The notes under the pieces were generated by a model, which had not been told where the DNA came from, made no database searches, and was given only the letters and a program-made list of their open reading frames with translations. From NCBI GenBank assembly GCA_964016885.1, contig OZ024748.1, positions 37,262,001 through 37,326,000 of the forward strand: 64,000 nt of DNA, in the 5' to 3' direction. The stretch is from Eledone cirrhosa (taxonomy: Eukaryota). Shown in pieces: positions 29,101 to 44,100 of the stretch (position 1 is its first letter; the number at the start of each line of letters is the position of its first letter). A program made the position numbers and the translations under genes.

Positions 29101-32100
29101 AGTGTGACAATGTCAGTGTCAGTGTTAACTACCTCTAGATCTAGTATGACAATGTTAGTGTCAGTGTTAACTACCTCTAGATCTAGTATGACAATGTTAG
29201 TGTCAGTGTTAACTAACACTAGATCTAGTATGACAATGTCAGTGTCAGTGTTAACTACCTCTAGATCTAGTATGACAATGTTATTGTCAGTGTTAACTAC
29301 CTCTAGATCTAGTATGACAATGTTAGTGTCAGTGTTAACTACCTCTAGATCTAGTGTGACAATGTTAGTGTCAGTGTTAACTACCTCTAGATCTAGTATG
29401 ACAATGTCAGTGTCAGTGTTAACTACCTCTAGATCTAGTATGACAATGTCAGTGTCAGGGTTAACTACCTCTAGATCTAGTATGACAATGTTAGTGTCAG
29501 TGTTAACTACCACTAGATCTAGTGTGACAATGTTAGTGTCAGTGTTAACTACCACTAGATCTAGTATGACAATGTCAGTGTCACTGTTAACTACCACTAT
29601 ATCTAGTGTGACAATGTTAGTGTCAGTGTTAACTACCACTAGCTCTAGTATGACAATGTCAGTGTCAGTGTTAACTACCTCTAGATCTAGTATGACAATG
29701 TTAGTGTCAGTGTTAACTACCTCTAGATCTAGTGTGACAATGTTAGTGTCAGTGTTAACTACCTCTAGATCTAGTATGACAATGTCAGTGTCAGTGTTAA
29801 CTACCACAAGATCTAGTGTGACAATGTTAGTGTCAGTGTTAACTACCTCTAGATATAGTATGACAATGTCAGTGTCAGTGTTAACTAACACTAGATCTAG
29901 TATGACAATGTCAGTGTCAGTGTTAACTACCTCTAGATCTAGTGTGACAATGTTAGTGTCAGTGTTAACTACCTCTAGATATAGTATGACAATGTCAGTG
30001 TCAGTGTTAACTACCTCTAGATCTAGTATGACAATGTCAGTGTCAGTGTTAACTACCTCTACATCTAGTATGACAATGTCAGTGTCAGTGTTAACTACCA
30101 CTAGATCTAGTATGACAATGTCAGTGTCAGTGTTAACTACCACAAGATCTAGTGTGACAATGTCAGTGTCAGTGTTAACTACCTCTAGATCTAGTATGAC
30201 AATGTTAGTGTCAGTGTTAACTACCTCTAGATCTAGTATGACAATGTTAGTGTCAGTGTTAACTAACACTAGATCTAGTATGACAATGTCAGTGTCAGTG
30301 TTAACTACCTCTAGATCTAGTATGACAATGTTATTGTCAGTGTTAACTACCTCTAGATCTAGTATGACAATGTTAGTGTCAGTGTTAACTACCTCTAGAT
30401 CTAGTGTGACAATGTTAGTGTCAGTGTTAACTACCTCTAGATCTAGTATGACAATGTCAGTGTCAGTGTTAACTACCTCTAGATCTAGTATGACAATGTC
30501 AGTGTCAGGGTTAACTACCTCTAGATCTAGTATGACAATGTTAGTGTCAGTGTTAACTACCACTAGATCTAGTGTGACAATGTTAGTGTCAGTGTTAACT
30601 ACCACTAGATCTAGTATGACAATGTCAGTGTCACTGTTAACTACCACTAGATCTAGTGTGACAATGTTAGTGTCAGTGTTAACTACCACTAGATCTAGTG
30701 TGACAATGTTAGTGTCAGTGTTAACTACCACTAGCTCTAGTATGACAATGTCAGTGTCAGTGTTAACTACCTCTAGATCTAGAATGACAATGTTAGTGTC
30801 AGTGTTAACTACCTCTAGATCTAGTGTGACAATGTCAGTGTCAGTGTTAACTACCTCTAGATCTAGTATGACAATGTTAGTGTCAGTGTTAACTATCTCT
30901 AGATCTAGTGTGACAATGTTAGTGTCAGTGTTAACTACCTCTAGATATAGTATGACAATGTCAGTGTCAGTGTTAACTACCTCTCGATCTAGTATGACAA
31001 TGTCAGTGTCAGTGTTAACTACCACAAGATCTAGTGTGACAATGTTAGTGTCAGTGTTAACTACCTCTAGATATAGTATGACAATGTCAGTGTCAGTGTT
31101 TACTACCTCTAGATCTAGTATGACAATGTTAGTGTCAGTGTTAACTACCTCTAGATCTAGTGTGACAATGTTAGTGTCAGTGTTAACTACCTCTAGATAT
31201 AGTATGACAATGTCAGTGTCAGTGTTAACTACCTCTAGATCTAGTATGACAATGTCAGTGTCAGTGTTAACTACCTCTAGATCTAGTATGACAATGTCAG
31301 TGTCAGTGTTAACTACCACTAGATCTAGTATGACAATGTCAGTGTCAGTGTTAACTACCACAAGATCTAGTGTGACAATGTTAGTGTCAGTGTTAACTAC
31401 CTCTAGATCTAGTATGACAATGTCAGAGTTAACTACCTCTAGATCTAGTATGACAATGTCAGTGTCAGTGTTAACTACCTCTAGATCTAGTATGACAATG
31501 TCAGTGTCAGTGTTAACAACCTCTAGATCTAGTATGACAATGTTAGTGTCAGTGTTAACTACCACTATGTCTAGTATGACAATGTCAGTGTCAGTGTTAA
31601 CTACCTCTAGATATAGTATGACAATGTCAGTGTCAGTGTTAACTACCTCTAGATCTAGTATGACTATGTCAGTGTCAGTGTTAACTACCACAAGATCTAG
31701 TGTGACAATGTTAGTGTCAGTGTTAACTACCTCTAGATATAGTATGACAATGTCAGTGTCAGTGTTTACTACCTCTAGATCTAGTATGACAATGTTAGTG
31801 TCAGTGTTAACTACCTCTAGATCTAGTGTGACAATGTTAGTGTCAGTGTTAACTACCTCTAGATATAGTATGACAATGTCAGTGTCAGTGTTAACTACCA
31901 CAAGATCTAGTGTGACAATGTTAGTGTCAGTGTTAACTACCTGTAGATATAGTATGACAATGTCAGTGTCAGTGTTTACTACCTCTAGATCTAGTATGAC
32001 AATGTCAGTGTCAGTGTTAACTACCTCTAGATCTAGTATGACAATGTTAGTGTCAGTGTTAACTACCTCTAGATCTAGTATGACAATGTTAGTGTCAGTG

Positions 32101-35100
32101 TTAACTATCTCTAGATCTAGTGTGACAATGTTAGTGTCAGTGTTAACTACCTCTAGATCTAGTATGACAATGTCAGTGTCAGGGTTAACTACCTCTAGAT
32201 CTAGTATGACAATGTTAGTGTCAGTGTTAACTACCACTAGATCTAGTGTGACAATGTTAGTGTCAGTGTTAACTACCACTAGATCTAGTATGACAATGTC
32301 AGTGTCACTTTTAACTACCTCTAGATCTAGTGTGACAATGTTAGTGTCAGTGTTAACTACCACTAGATCTAGTGTGACAATGTTAGTGTCAGTGTTAACT
32401 ACCACTAGATCTAGTATGACAATGTCAGTGTCAGTGTTAACTACCTCTAGATATAGTATGAAGATGTCAGTGTCAGTGTTAACTACCACAAGATCTAGTG
32501 TGACAATGTTAGTGTCAGTGTTAACTACCTGTAGATATAGTATGACAATATCAGTGTCAGTGTTTACTACCTCTAGATCTAGTATGACAATGTTAGTGTC
32601 AGTGTTAACTACCTCTAGATCTAGTGTGACAATGTTAGTGTCAGTGTTAACTACCTCTAGATCTAGTATGACAATGTCAGTGTCAGTGTTAACTACCTCT
32701 AGATCTAGTATGACAATGTTAGTGTCAGTGTTAACTAACACTAGATCTAGTATGACAATGTCAGTGTCAGTGTTAACTACCTCTAGATCTAGTATGACAA
32801 TGTTATTGTCAGTGTTAACTACCTCTAGATCTAGTATGACAATGTTAGTGTCAGTGTTAACTACCTCTAGATCTAGTGTGACAATGTCAGTGTCAGTGTT
32901 AACTACCACTAGATCTAGTGTGACAATGTCAGTGTCAGTGTTAACTACCTCTAGATCTAGTATGACAATGTTAGTGTCAGTGTTAACTATCTCTAGATCT
33001 AGTGTGACAATGTTAGTGTCAGTGTTAACTACCTCTAGATATAGTATGACAATGTCAGTGTCAGTGTTAACTACCTCTAGATCTAGTATGACAATGTCAG
33101 TGTCAGTGTTAACTACCACAAGATCTAGTGTGACAATGTTAGTGTCAGTGTTAACTACCTCTAGATATAGTATGACAATGTCAGTGTCAGTGTTTACTAC
33201 CTCTAGATCTAGTATGACAATGTTAGTGTCAGTGTTAACTACCTCTAGATCTAGTGTGACAATGTTAGTGTCAGTGTTAACTACCTCTAGATATAGTGTG
33301 ACAATGTCAGTGTCAGTGTTTACTATCTCTAGATCTAGTATGACAATGTTAGTGTCAGTGTTAACTACCTCTAGATCTAGTGTGACAATGTTAGTGTCAG
33401 TGTTAACTACCTCTAGATATAGTATGACAATGTCAGTGTCAGTGTTAACTACCTCTAGATCTAGTATGACAATGTCAGTGTCAGTGTTAACTACCTCTAG
33501 ATCTAGTATGACAATGTCAGTGTCAGTGTTAACTACCACTAGATCTAGTATGACAATGTCAGTGTCAGTGTTAACTACCACTAGATCTAGTATGACAATG
33601 TCAGAGTTAACTACCACTAGATCTAGTATGACAATGTCAGAGTTAACTACCTCTAGATCTAATATGACAATGTCAGTGTCAGTGTTAACTACCTCTAGAT
33701 CTAGTATGACAATGTTAGTGTCAGTGTTAACTACCACTAGGTCTAGTATGACAATGTCAGTGTCAGTTTTAACTACCTCTAGATCTAGTATGACAATGTC
33801 AGTGTCAGTGTTAACTACCTCTAGATCTAGTATGACAATGTTAGTGTCAGTGTTAACTACCACTAGATCTAGTATGACAATGTCAGTGTCAGTGTTAACT
33901 ACCTCTAGATCTAGTATGACAATGTTAGTGTCAGTGTTAACTACCTCTAGATCTAGTATGACAATGTTAGTGTCAGTGTTAACTACCTCGAGATCTAGTG
34001 TGACAATGTTAGTGTCAGTGTTAACTACCTCTAGATCTAGTATGACAATGTCAGTGTCAGTGTTAACTACCTCTAGATCTAGTATGACAATGTCAGTGTC
34101 AGTGTTAACTACCTCTAGATCTAGTAAGACAATGTCAGTGTCAGTGTTAACTACCTCTAGATCTAGTATGACAATGTCAGTGTCAGTGTTAACTACCTCT
34201 AGATCTAGTAAGACAATGTCAGTGTCAGTGTTAACTACCTCTAGATCTAGTGTGACAATGTTAGTGTCAGTGTTAACTACCTCTAGATCTAGTGTGACAA
34301 TGTTAGTGTCAGTGTTAACTACCACTAGATCTAGTATGACAATGTCAGTGTCAGTGTTAACTACCTGTAGATCTAGTATGACAATGTTAGTGTCAGTGTT
34401 AACTACCTCTAGATCTAGTGTGACAATGTCAGTGTCAGTGTTAACTACCTCTAGATCTAGTATGACAATGTTAGTGTCAGTGTTAACTATCTCTAGATCT
34501 AGTGTGACAATGTTAGTGTCAGTGTTAACTACCTCTAGATATAGTATGACAATGTCAGTGTCAGTGTTAACTACCTCTAGATCTAGTATGACAATGTCAG
34601 TGTCAGTGTTAACTACCACAAGATCTAGTGTGACAATGTTAGTGTCAGTGTTAACTACCTCTAGATATAGTATGACAATGTCAGTGTCAGTGTTTACTAC
34701 CTCTAGATCTAGTATGACAATGTTAGTGTCAGTGTTAACTACCTCTAGATCTAGTGTGACAATGTTAGTGTCAGTGTTAACTACCTCTAGATATAGTATG
34801 ACAATGTCAGTGTCAGTGTTAACTACCTCTAGATCTAGTATGACAATGTTATTGTCAGTGTTAACTACCTCTAGATCTAGTATGACAATGTTAGTGTCAG
34901 TGTTAACTACCTCTAGATCTAGTATGACAATGTTAGTGTCAGTGTTAACTACCTCTAGATCTAGTATGACAATGTCAGTGTCAGTGTTAACTACCTCTAG
35001 ATCTAGTATGACAATGTCAGTGTCAGGGTTAACTACCTCTAGATCTAGTATGACAATGTTAGTGTCAGTGTTAACTACCACTAGATCTAGTGTGACAATG

Positions 35101-38100
35101 TTAGTGTCAGTGTTAACTACCACTAGATCTAGTATGACAATGTCAGTGTCACTGTTACCTACCACTAGATCTATTGTGACAATGTTAGTGTCAGTGTTAA
35201 CTACCACTAGATCTAGTATGACAATGTCAGTGTCAGTGTTAACTACCTCTAGATCTAGTATGACAATGTTAGTGTCAGTGTTAACTACCTCTAGATCTAG
35301 TGTGACAATGTCAGTGTCAGTGTTAACTACCTCTAGATCTAGTATGACAATGTTAGTGTCAGTGTTAACTATCTCTAGATCTAGTGTGACAATGTTAGTG
35401 TCAGTGTTAACTACCTCTCGATCTAGTATGACAATGTCAGTGTCAGTGTTAACTACCACAAGATCTAGTGTGACAATGTTAGTGTCAGTGTTAACTACCT
35501 CTCGATCTAGTATGACAATGTCAGTGTCAGTGTTTACTACCTCTAGATCTAGTATGACAATGTTAGTGTTAGTGTTAACTACCTCTAGATCTAGTGTGAC
35601 AATGTTAGTGTCAGTGTTAACTACCTCTAGATATAGTATGACAATGTCAGTGTCAGTGTTAACTACCTCTAGATCTAGTATGACAATGTCAGTGTCAGTG
35701 TTAACTACCTCTAGATCTAGTATGACAATGTCAGTGTCAGTGTTAACTACCACTAGATCTAGTATGACAATGTCAGTGTCAGTGTTAACTACCACAAGAT
35801 CTAGTGTGACAATGTCAGTGTCAGTGTTAACTACCTCTAGATCTAGTATGACAATGTTAGTGTCAGTGTTAACTACCTCTAGATCTAGTATGACAATGTT
35901 AGTGTCAGTGTTAACTAACACTAGATCTAGTATGACAATGTCAGTGTCAGTGTTAACTACCTCTAGATCTAGTATGACAATGTTATTGTCAGTGTTAACT
36001 ACCTCTAGATCTAGTATGACAATGTTAGTGTCAGTGTTAACTACCTCTAGATCTAGTGTGACAATGTCAGTGTCAGTGTTAACTACCACTAGATCTAGTG
36101 TGACAATGTCAGTGTCAGTGTTAACTACCTCTAGATCTAGTATGACAATGTTAGTGTCAGTGTTAACTATCTCTAGATCTAGTGTGACAATGTTAGTGTC
36201 AGTGTTAACTACCTCTAGATATAGTATGACAATGTCAGTGTCAGTGTTAACTACCTCTAGATCTAGTATGACAATGTCAGTGTCAGTGTTAACTACCACA
36301 AGATCTAGTGTGACAATGTTAGTGTCAGTGTTAACTACCTCTAGATATAGTATGACAATGTCAGTGTCAGTGTTTACTACCTCTAGATCTAGTATGACAA
36401 TGTTAGTGTCAGTGTTAACTACCTCTAGATCTAGTGTGACAATGTTAGTGTCAGTGTTAACTACCTCTAGATATAGTGTGACAATGTCAGTGTCAGTGTT
36501 TACTACCTCTAGATCTAGTATGACAATGTTAGTGTCAGTGTTAACTACCTCTAGATCTAGTGTGACAATGTTAGTGTCAGTGTTAACTACCTCTAGATAT
36601 AGTATGACAATGTCAGTGTCAGTGTTAACTACCTCTAGATCTAGTATGACAATGTCAGTGTCAGTGTTAACTACCTCTAGATCTAGTATGACAATGTCAG
36701 TGTCAGTGTTAACTACCACTAGATCTAGTATGACAATGTCAGTGTCAGTGTTAAATACCACTAGATCTAGTATGACAATGTCAGAGTTAACTACCTCTAG
36801 ATCTAGTATGACAATGTCAGTGTCAGTGTTAACTACCTCTATATCTAGTATGACAATGTCAGTGTCAGTGTTAACTACCACTAGATCTAGTATGACAATG
36901 TCAGAGTTAACTACCTCTAGATCTAATATGACAATGTCAGTGTCAGTGTTAACTACCTCTAGATCTAGTATGACAATGTTAGTGTCAGTGTTAACTACCA
37001 CTAGGTCTAGTATGACAATGTCAGTGTCAGTTTTAACTACCTCTAGATCTAGTATGTCAATGTCAGTGTCAGTGTTAACTACCTCTAGATCTAGTATGAC
37101 AATGTTAGTGTCAGTGTTAACTACCACTAGATCTAGTATGACAATGTCAGTGTCAGTGTTAACTACCTCTAGATCTAGTATGACAATGTTAGTGTCAGTG
37201 TTAACTACCTCTAGATCTAGTATGACAATGTTAGTGTCAGTGTTAACTACCTCTAGATCTAGTGTGACAATGTTAGTGTCAGTGTTAACTACCTCTAGAT
37301 CTAGTATGACAATGTCAGTGTCAGTGTTAACTACCTCTAGATCTAGTATGACAATGTCAGTGTCAGTGTTAACTACCTCTAGATCTAGTAAGACAATGTC
37401 AGTGTCAGTGTTAACTACCTCTAGATCTAGAATGACAATGTCAGTGTCAGTGTTAACTACCTCTAGATCTAGTAAGACAATGTCAGTGTCAGTGTTAACT
37501 ACCTCTAGATCTAGTGTGACAATGTTAGTGTCAGTGTTAAATACCTCTAGATCTAGTGTGACAATGTTAGTGTCAGTGTTAACTACCACTAGATCTAGTA
37601 TGACAATGTCAGTGTCAGTGTTAACTACCTCTAGATCTAGTATGACAATGTTAGTGTCAGTGTTAACTACCTCTAGATCTAGTGTGACAATGTCAGTGTC
37701 AGTGTTAACTACCTCTAGATCTAGTATGACAATGTTAGTGTCAGTGTTAACTATCTCTAGATCTAGTGTGACAATGTTAGTGTCAGTGTTAACTACCTCT
37801 AGATATAGTATGACAATGTCAGTGTCAGTGTTAACTACCTCTAGATCTAGTATGACAATGTCAGTGTCAGTGTTAACTACCACAAGATCTAGTGTGACAA
37901 TGTTAGTGTCAGTGTTAACTACCTCTAGATATAGTATGACAATGTCAGTGTCAGTGTTTACTACCTCTAGATCTAGTATGACAATGTTAGTGTCAGTGTT
38001 AACTACCTCTAGATCTAGTGTGACAATGTTAGTGTCAGTGTTAACTACCTCTAGATATAGTATGACAATGTCAGTGTCAGTGTTAACTACCACAAGATCT

Positions 38101-41100
38101 AGTGTGACAATGTTAGTGTCAGTGTTAACTACCTGTAGATATAGTATGACAATATCAGTGTCAGTGTTTACTACCTCTAGATCTAGTATGACAATGTTAG
38201 TGTCAGTGTTAACTACCTCTAGATCTAGTGTGACAATGTCAGTGTCAGTGTTAACTACCTCTAGATCTAGTATGACAATGTTATTGTCAGTGTTAACTAC
38301 CTCTAGATCTAGTATGACAATGTTAGTGTCAGTGTTAACTACCTCTAGATCTAGTATGACAATTTTAGTGTCAGTGTTAACTACCTCTAGATCTAGTATG
38401 ACAATGTCAGTGTCAGTGTTAACTACCTCTAGATCTAGTATGACAATGTCAGTGTCAGGGTTAACTACCTCTAGATCTAGTATGACAATGTTAGTGTCAG
38501 TGTTAACTACCACTAGATCTAGTGTGACAATGTTAGTGTCAGTGTTAACTACCACTAGATCTAGTATGACAATGTCAGTGTCACTGTTACCTACCACTAG
38601 ATCTAGTGTGACAATGTTAGTGTCAGTGTTAACTACCACTAGATCTAGTATGACAATGTCAGTGTCAGTGTTAACTACCTCTAGATCTAGTATGACAATG
38701 TTAGTGTCAGTGTTAACTACCTCTAGATCTAGTGTGACAATGTCAGTGTCAGTGTTAACTACCTCTAGATCTAGTATGACAATGTTAGTGTCAGTGTTAA
38801 CTATCTCTAGATCTAGTGTGACAATGTTAGTGTCAGTGTTAACTACCTCTCGATCTAGTATGACAATGTCAGTGTCAGTGTTAACTACCACAAGATCTAG
38901 TGTGACAATGTTAGTGTCAGTGTTAACTACCTCTAGATATAGTATGACAAGGTCAGTGTCAGTGTTTACTACCTCTAGATCTAGTATGACAATGTTAGTG
39001 TTAGTGTTAACTACCTCTAGATCTAGTGTGACAATGTTAGTGTCAGTGTTAACTACCTCTAGATATAGTATGACAATGTCAGTGTCAGTGTTAACTACCT
39101 CTAGATCTAGTATGACAATGTCAGTGTCAGTGTTAACTACCTCTAGATCTAGTATGACAATGTCAGTGTCAGTGTTAACTACCACTAGATCTAGTATGAC
39201 AATGTCAGTGTCAGTGTTAACTACCACAAGATCTAGTGTGACAATGTCAGTGTCAGTGTTAACTACCTCTAGATCTAGTATGACAATGTTAGTGTCAGTG
39301 TTAACTACCTCTAGATCTAGTATGACAATGTTAGTGTCAGTGTTAACTAACACTAGATCTAGTATGACAATGTCAGTGTCAGTGTTAACTACCTCTAGAT
39401 CTAGTATGACAATGTTATTGTCAGTGTTAACTACCTCTAGATCTAGTATGACAATGTTAGTGTCAGTGTTAACTACCTCTAGATCTAGTGTGACAATGTT
39501 AGTGTCAGTGTTAACTACCTCTAGATCTAGTATGACAATGTCAGTGTCAGTGTTAACTACCTCTAGATCTAGTATGACAATGTCAGTGTCAGGGTTAACT
39601 ACCTCTAGATCTATTATGACAATGTTAGTGTCAGTGTTAACTACCACTAGATCTAGTGTGACAATGTTAGTGTCAGTGTTAACTACCACTAGATCTAGTA
39701 TGACAATGTCAGTGTCACTGTTAACTACCACTAGATCTAGTGTGACAATGTTAGTGTCAGTGTTAACTACTACTAGATCTAGTGTGACAATGTTAGTGTC
39801 AGTGTTAACTACCACTAGATCTAGTATGACAATATCAGTGTCAGTGTTAACTACCTCTAGATCTAGTATGACAATGTTAGTGTCAGTGTTAACTACCTCT
39901 AGATCTAGTGTGACAATGTCAGTGTCAGTGTTAACTACCTCTAGATCTAGTATGACAATGTTAGTGTCAGTGTTAACTACCTCTAGATCTAGTGTGACAA
40001 TGTCAGTGTCAGTGTTAACTACCTCTAGATCTAGTATGACAATGTTAGTGTCAGTGTTAACTATCTCTAGATCTAGTGTGACAATGTTAGTGTCAGTGTT
40101 AACTACCTCTAGATATAGTATGACAATGTCAGTGTCAGTGTTAACTACCTCTAGATCTAGTATGACAATGTCAGTGTCAGTGTTAACTACCACAAGATCT
40201 AGTGTGACAATGTTAGTGTCAGTGTTAACTACCTCTAGATATAGTATGACAATGTCAGTGTCAGTGTTTACTACCTCTAGATCTAGTATGACAATGTTAG
40301 TGTCAGTGTTAACTACCTCTAGATCTAGTGTGACAATGTTAGTGTCAGTGTTAACTACCTCTAGATATAGTATGACAATGTCAGTGTCAGTGTTAACTAC
40401 CACAAGATCTAGTGTGACAATGTTAGTGTCAGTGTTAACTACCTGTAGATATAGTATGACAATATCAGTGTCAGTGTTTACTACCTCTAGATCTAGTATG
40501 ACAATGTTAGTGTCAGTGTTAACTACCTCTAGATCTAGTGTGACAATGTTAGTGTCAGTGTTAACTACCTCTAGATGTAGTATGACAATGTCAGTGTCAG
40601 TGTTAACTACCTCTAGATCTAGTATGACAATGTTAGTATCAGTGTTAACTAACACTAGATCTAGTATGACAATGTCAGTGTCAGTGTTAACTACCTCTAG
40701 ATCTAGTATGACAATGTTATTGTCAGTGTTAACTACCTCTAGATCTAGTATGACAATGTTAGTGTCAGTGTTAACTACCTCTAGATCTAGTATGACAATG
40801 TTAGTGTCAGTGTTAACTACCTCTAGATCTAGTATGACAATGTCAGTGTCAGTGTTAACTACCTCTAGATCTAGTATGACAATGTCAGTGTCAGGGTTAA
40901 CTACCTCTAGATCTAGTATGACAATGTTAGTGTCAGTGTTAACTACCACTAGATCTAGTGTGACAATGTTAGTGTCAGTGTTAACTACCACTAGATCTAG
41001 TATGACAATGTCAGTGTCACTGTTACCTACCACTAGATCTAGTGTGACAATGTTAGTGTCAGTGTTAACTACCACTAGATCTAGTATGACAATGTCAGTG

Positions 41101-44100
41101 TCAGTGTTAACTACCTCTAGATCTAGTATGACAATGTTAGTGTCAGTGTTAACTACCTCTAGATCTAGTGTGACAATGTCAGTGTCAGTGTTAACTACCT
41201 CTAGATCTAGTATGACAATGTTAGTGTCAGTGTTAACTATCTCTAGATCTAGTGTGACAATGTTAGTGTCAGAGTTAACTACCTCTCGATCTAGTATGAC
41301 AATGTCAGTGTCAGTGTTAACTACCACAAGATCTAGTGTGACAATGTTAGTGTCAGTGTTAACTACCTCTCGATCTAGTATGACAATGTCAGTGTCAGTG
41401 TTAACTACCACAAGATCTAGTGTGACAATGTCAGTGTCAGTGTTAACTACCTCTAGATCTAGTATGACAATGTTAGTGTCAGTGTTAACTACCTCTAGAT
41501 ATAGTATGACAATGTCAGTGTCAGTGTTAACTACCTCTAGATCTAGTATGACAATGTCAGTGTCAGTGTTAACTACCTCTAGATCTAGTATGACAATGTC
41601 AGTGTCAGTGTTAACTACCACTAGATCTAGTATGACAATGTCAGTGTCAGTGTTAACTACCACAAGATCTAGTGTGACAATGTCAGTGTCAGTGTTAACT
41701 ACCTCTAGATCTAGTATGACAATGTTAGTGTCAGTGTTAACTACCTCTAGATCTAGTATGACAATGTTAGTGTCAGTGTTAACTAACACTAGATCTAGTA
41801 TGACAATGTCAGTGTCAGTGTTAACTACCTCCAGATCTAGTATGACAATGTTATTGTCAGTGTTAACTACCTCTAGATCTAGTATGACAATGTTAGTGTC
41901 AGTGTTAACTACCTCTAGATCTAGTGTGACAATGTTAGTGTCAGTGTTAACTACCTCTAGATCTAGTATGACAATGTCAGTGTCAGTGTTAACTACCTCT
42001 AGATCTAGTATGACAATGTCAGTGTCAGGGTTAACTACCTCTAGATCTAGTATGACAATGTTAGTGTCAGTGTTAACTACCACTAGATCTAGTGTGACAA
42101 TGTTAGTGTCAGTGTTAACTACCACTAGATCTAGTATGACAATGTCAGTGTCACTGTTAACTACCACTAGATCTAGTGTGACAATGTTAGTGTCAGTGTT
42201 AACTACCACTAGATCTAGTGTGACAATGTTAGTGTCAGTGTTAACTACCACTAGATCTAGTATGACAATGTCAGTGTCAGTGTTAACTACCTCTAGATCT
42301 AGTATGACAATGTTAGTGTCAGTGTTAACTACCTCTAGATCTAGTGTGACAATGTCAGTGTCAGTGTTAACTACCTCTAGATCTAGTATGACAATGTTAG
42401 TGTCAGTGTTAACTACCTCTAGATCTAGTAAGACAATGTTAGTGTCAGTGTTAACTACCTCTAGATCTAGTATGACAATGTCAGTGTCAGTGTTAACTAC
42501 CTCTAGATCTAGTATGACAATGTCAGTGTCAGGGTTAACTACCTCTAGATCTAGTATGACAATGTTAGTGTCAGTGTTAACTACCACTATATCTAGTGTG
42601 ACAATGTTAGTGTCAGTGTTAACTACCACTAGATCTAGTATGACAATGTCAGTGTCACTGTTACCTACCACTAGATCTAGTGTGACAATGTTAGTGTCAG
42701 TGTTAACTACCACTAGATCTAGTGTGACAATGTTAGTGTCAGTGTTAACTACCACTAGATCTAGTATGACAATGTCAGTGTCAGTGTTAACTACCTCTAG
42801 ATCTAGTATGACAATGTTAGTGTCAGTGTTAACTACCTCTAGATCTAGTGTGACAATGTCAGTGTCAGTGTTAACTACCTCTAGATCTAGTATGACAATG
42901 TTAGTGTCAGTGTTAACTATCTCTAGATCTAGTGTGACAATGTTAGTGTCAGTGTTAACTACCTCTAGATATAGTATGACAATGTCAGTGTCAGTGTTAA
43001 CTACCTCTCGATCTAGTATGACAATGTCAGTGTCAGTGTTAACTACCACAAAATCTAGTGTGACAATGTTAGTGTCAGTGTTAACTACCTCTAGATATAG
43101 TATGACAATGTCAGTGTCAGTGTTTACTACCTCTAGATCTAGTATGACAATGTTAGTGTTAGTGTTAACTACCTCTAGATCTAGTGTGACAATGTTAGTG
43201 TCAGTGTTAACTACCTCTAGATATAGTATGACAATGTCAGTGTCAGTGTTAACTACCTCTAGATCTAGTATGACAATGTCAGTGTCAGTGTTAACTACCT
43301 CTAGATCTAGTATGACAATGTCAGTGTCAGTGTTAACTACCACTAGATCTAGTATGACAATGTCAGTGTCAGTGTTAACTACCACAAGATCTAGTGTGAC
43401 AATGTCAGTGTCAGTGTTAACTACCTCTAGATCTAGTATGACAATGTTAGTGTCAGTGTTAACTACCTCTAGATCTAGTATGACAATGTTAGTGTCAGTG
43501 TTAACTAACACTAGATCTAGTATGACAATGTCAATGTCAGTGTTAACTACCTCTAGATCTAGTATGACAATGTTATTGTCAGTGTTAACTACCTCTAGAT
43601 CTAGTATGACAATGTTAGTGTCAGTGTTAACTACCTCTAGATCTAGTGTGACAATGTTAGTGTCAGTGTTAACTACCTCTAGATCTAGTATGACAATGTC
43701 AGTGTCAGTGTTAACTACCTCTAGATCTAGTATGACAATGTCAGTGTCAGGGTTAACTACCTCTAGATCTAGTATGACAATGTTAGTGTCAGTGTTAACT
43801 ACCACTAGATCTAGTGTGACAATGTTAGTGTCAGTGTTAACTACCACTAGATCTAGTATGACAATGTCAGTGTCACTGTTAACTACCACTAGATTTAGTG
43901 TGACAATGTTAGTGTCAGTGTTAACTACCACTAGATCTAGTGTGACAATGTTAGTGTCAGTGTTAACTACCACTAGATCTAGTATGACAATGTCAGTGTC
44001 AGTGTTAACTACCTCTAGATCTAGTATGACAATGTTAGTGTCAGTGTTAACTATCTCTAGATCTAGTGTGACAATGTTAGTGTCAGTGTTAACTACCTCT

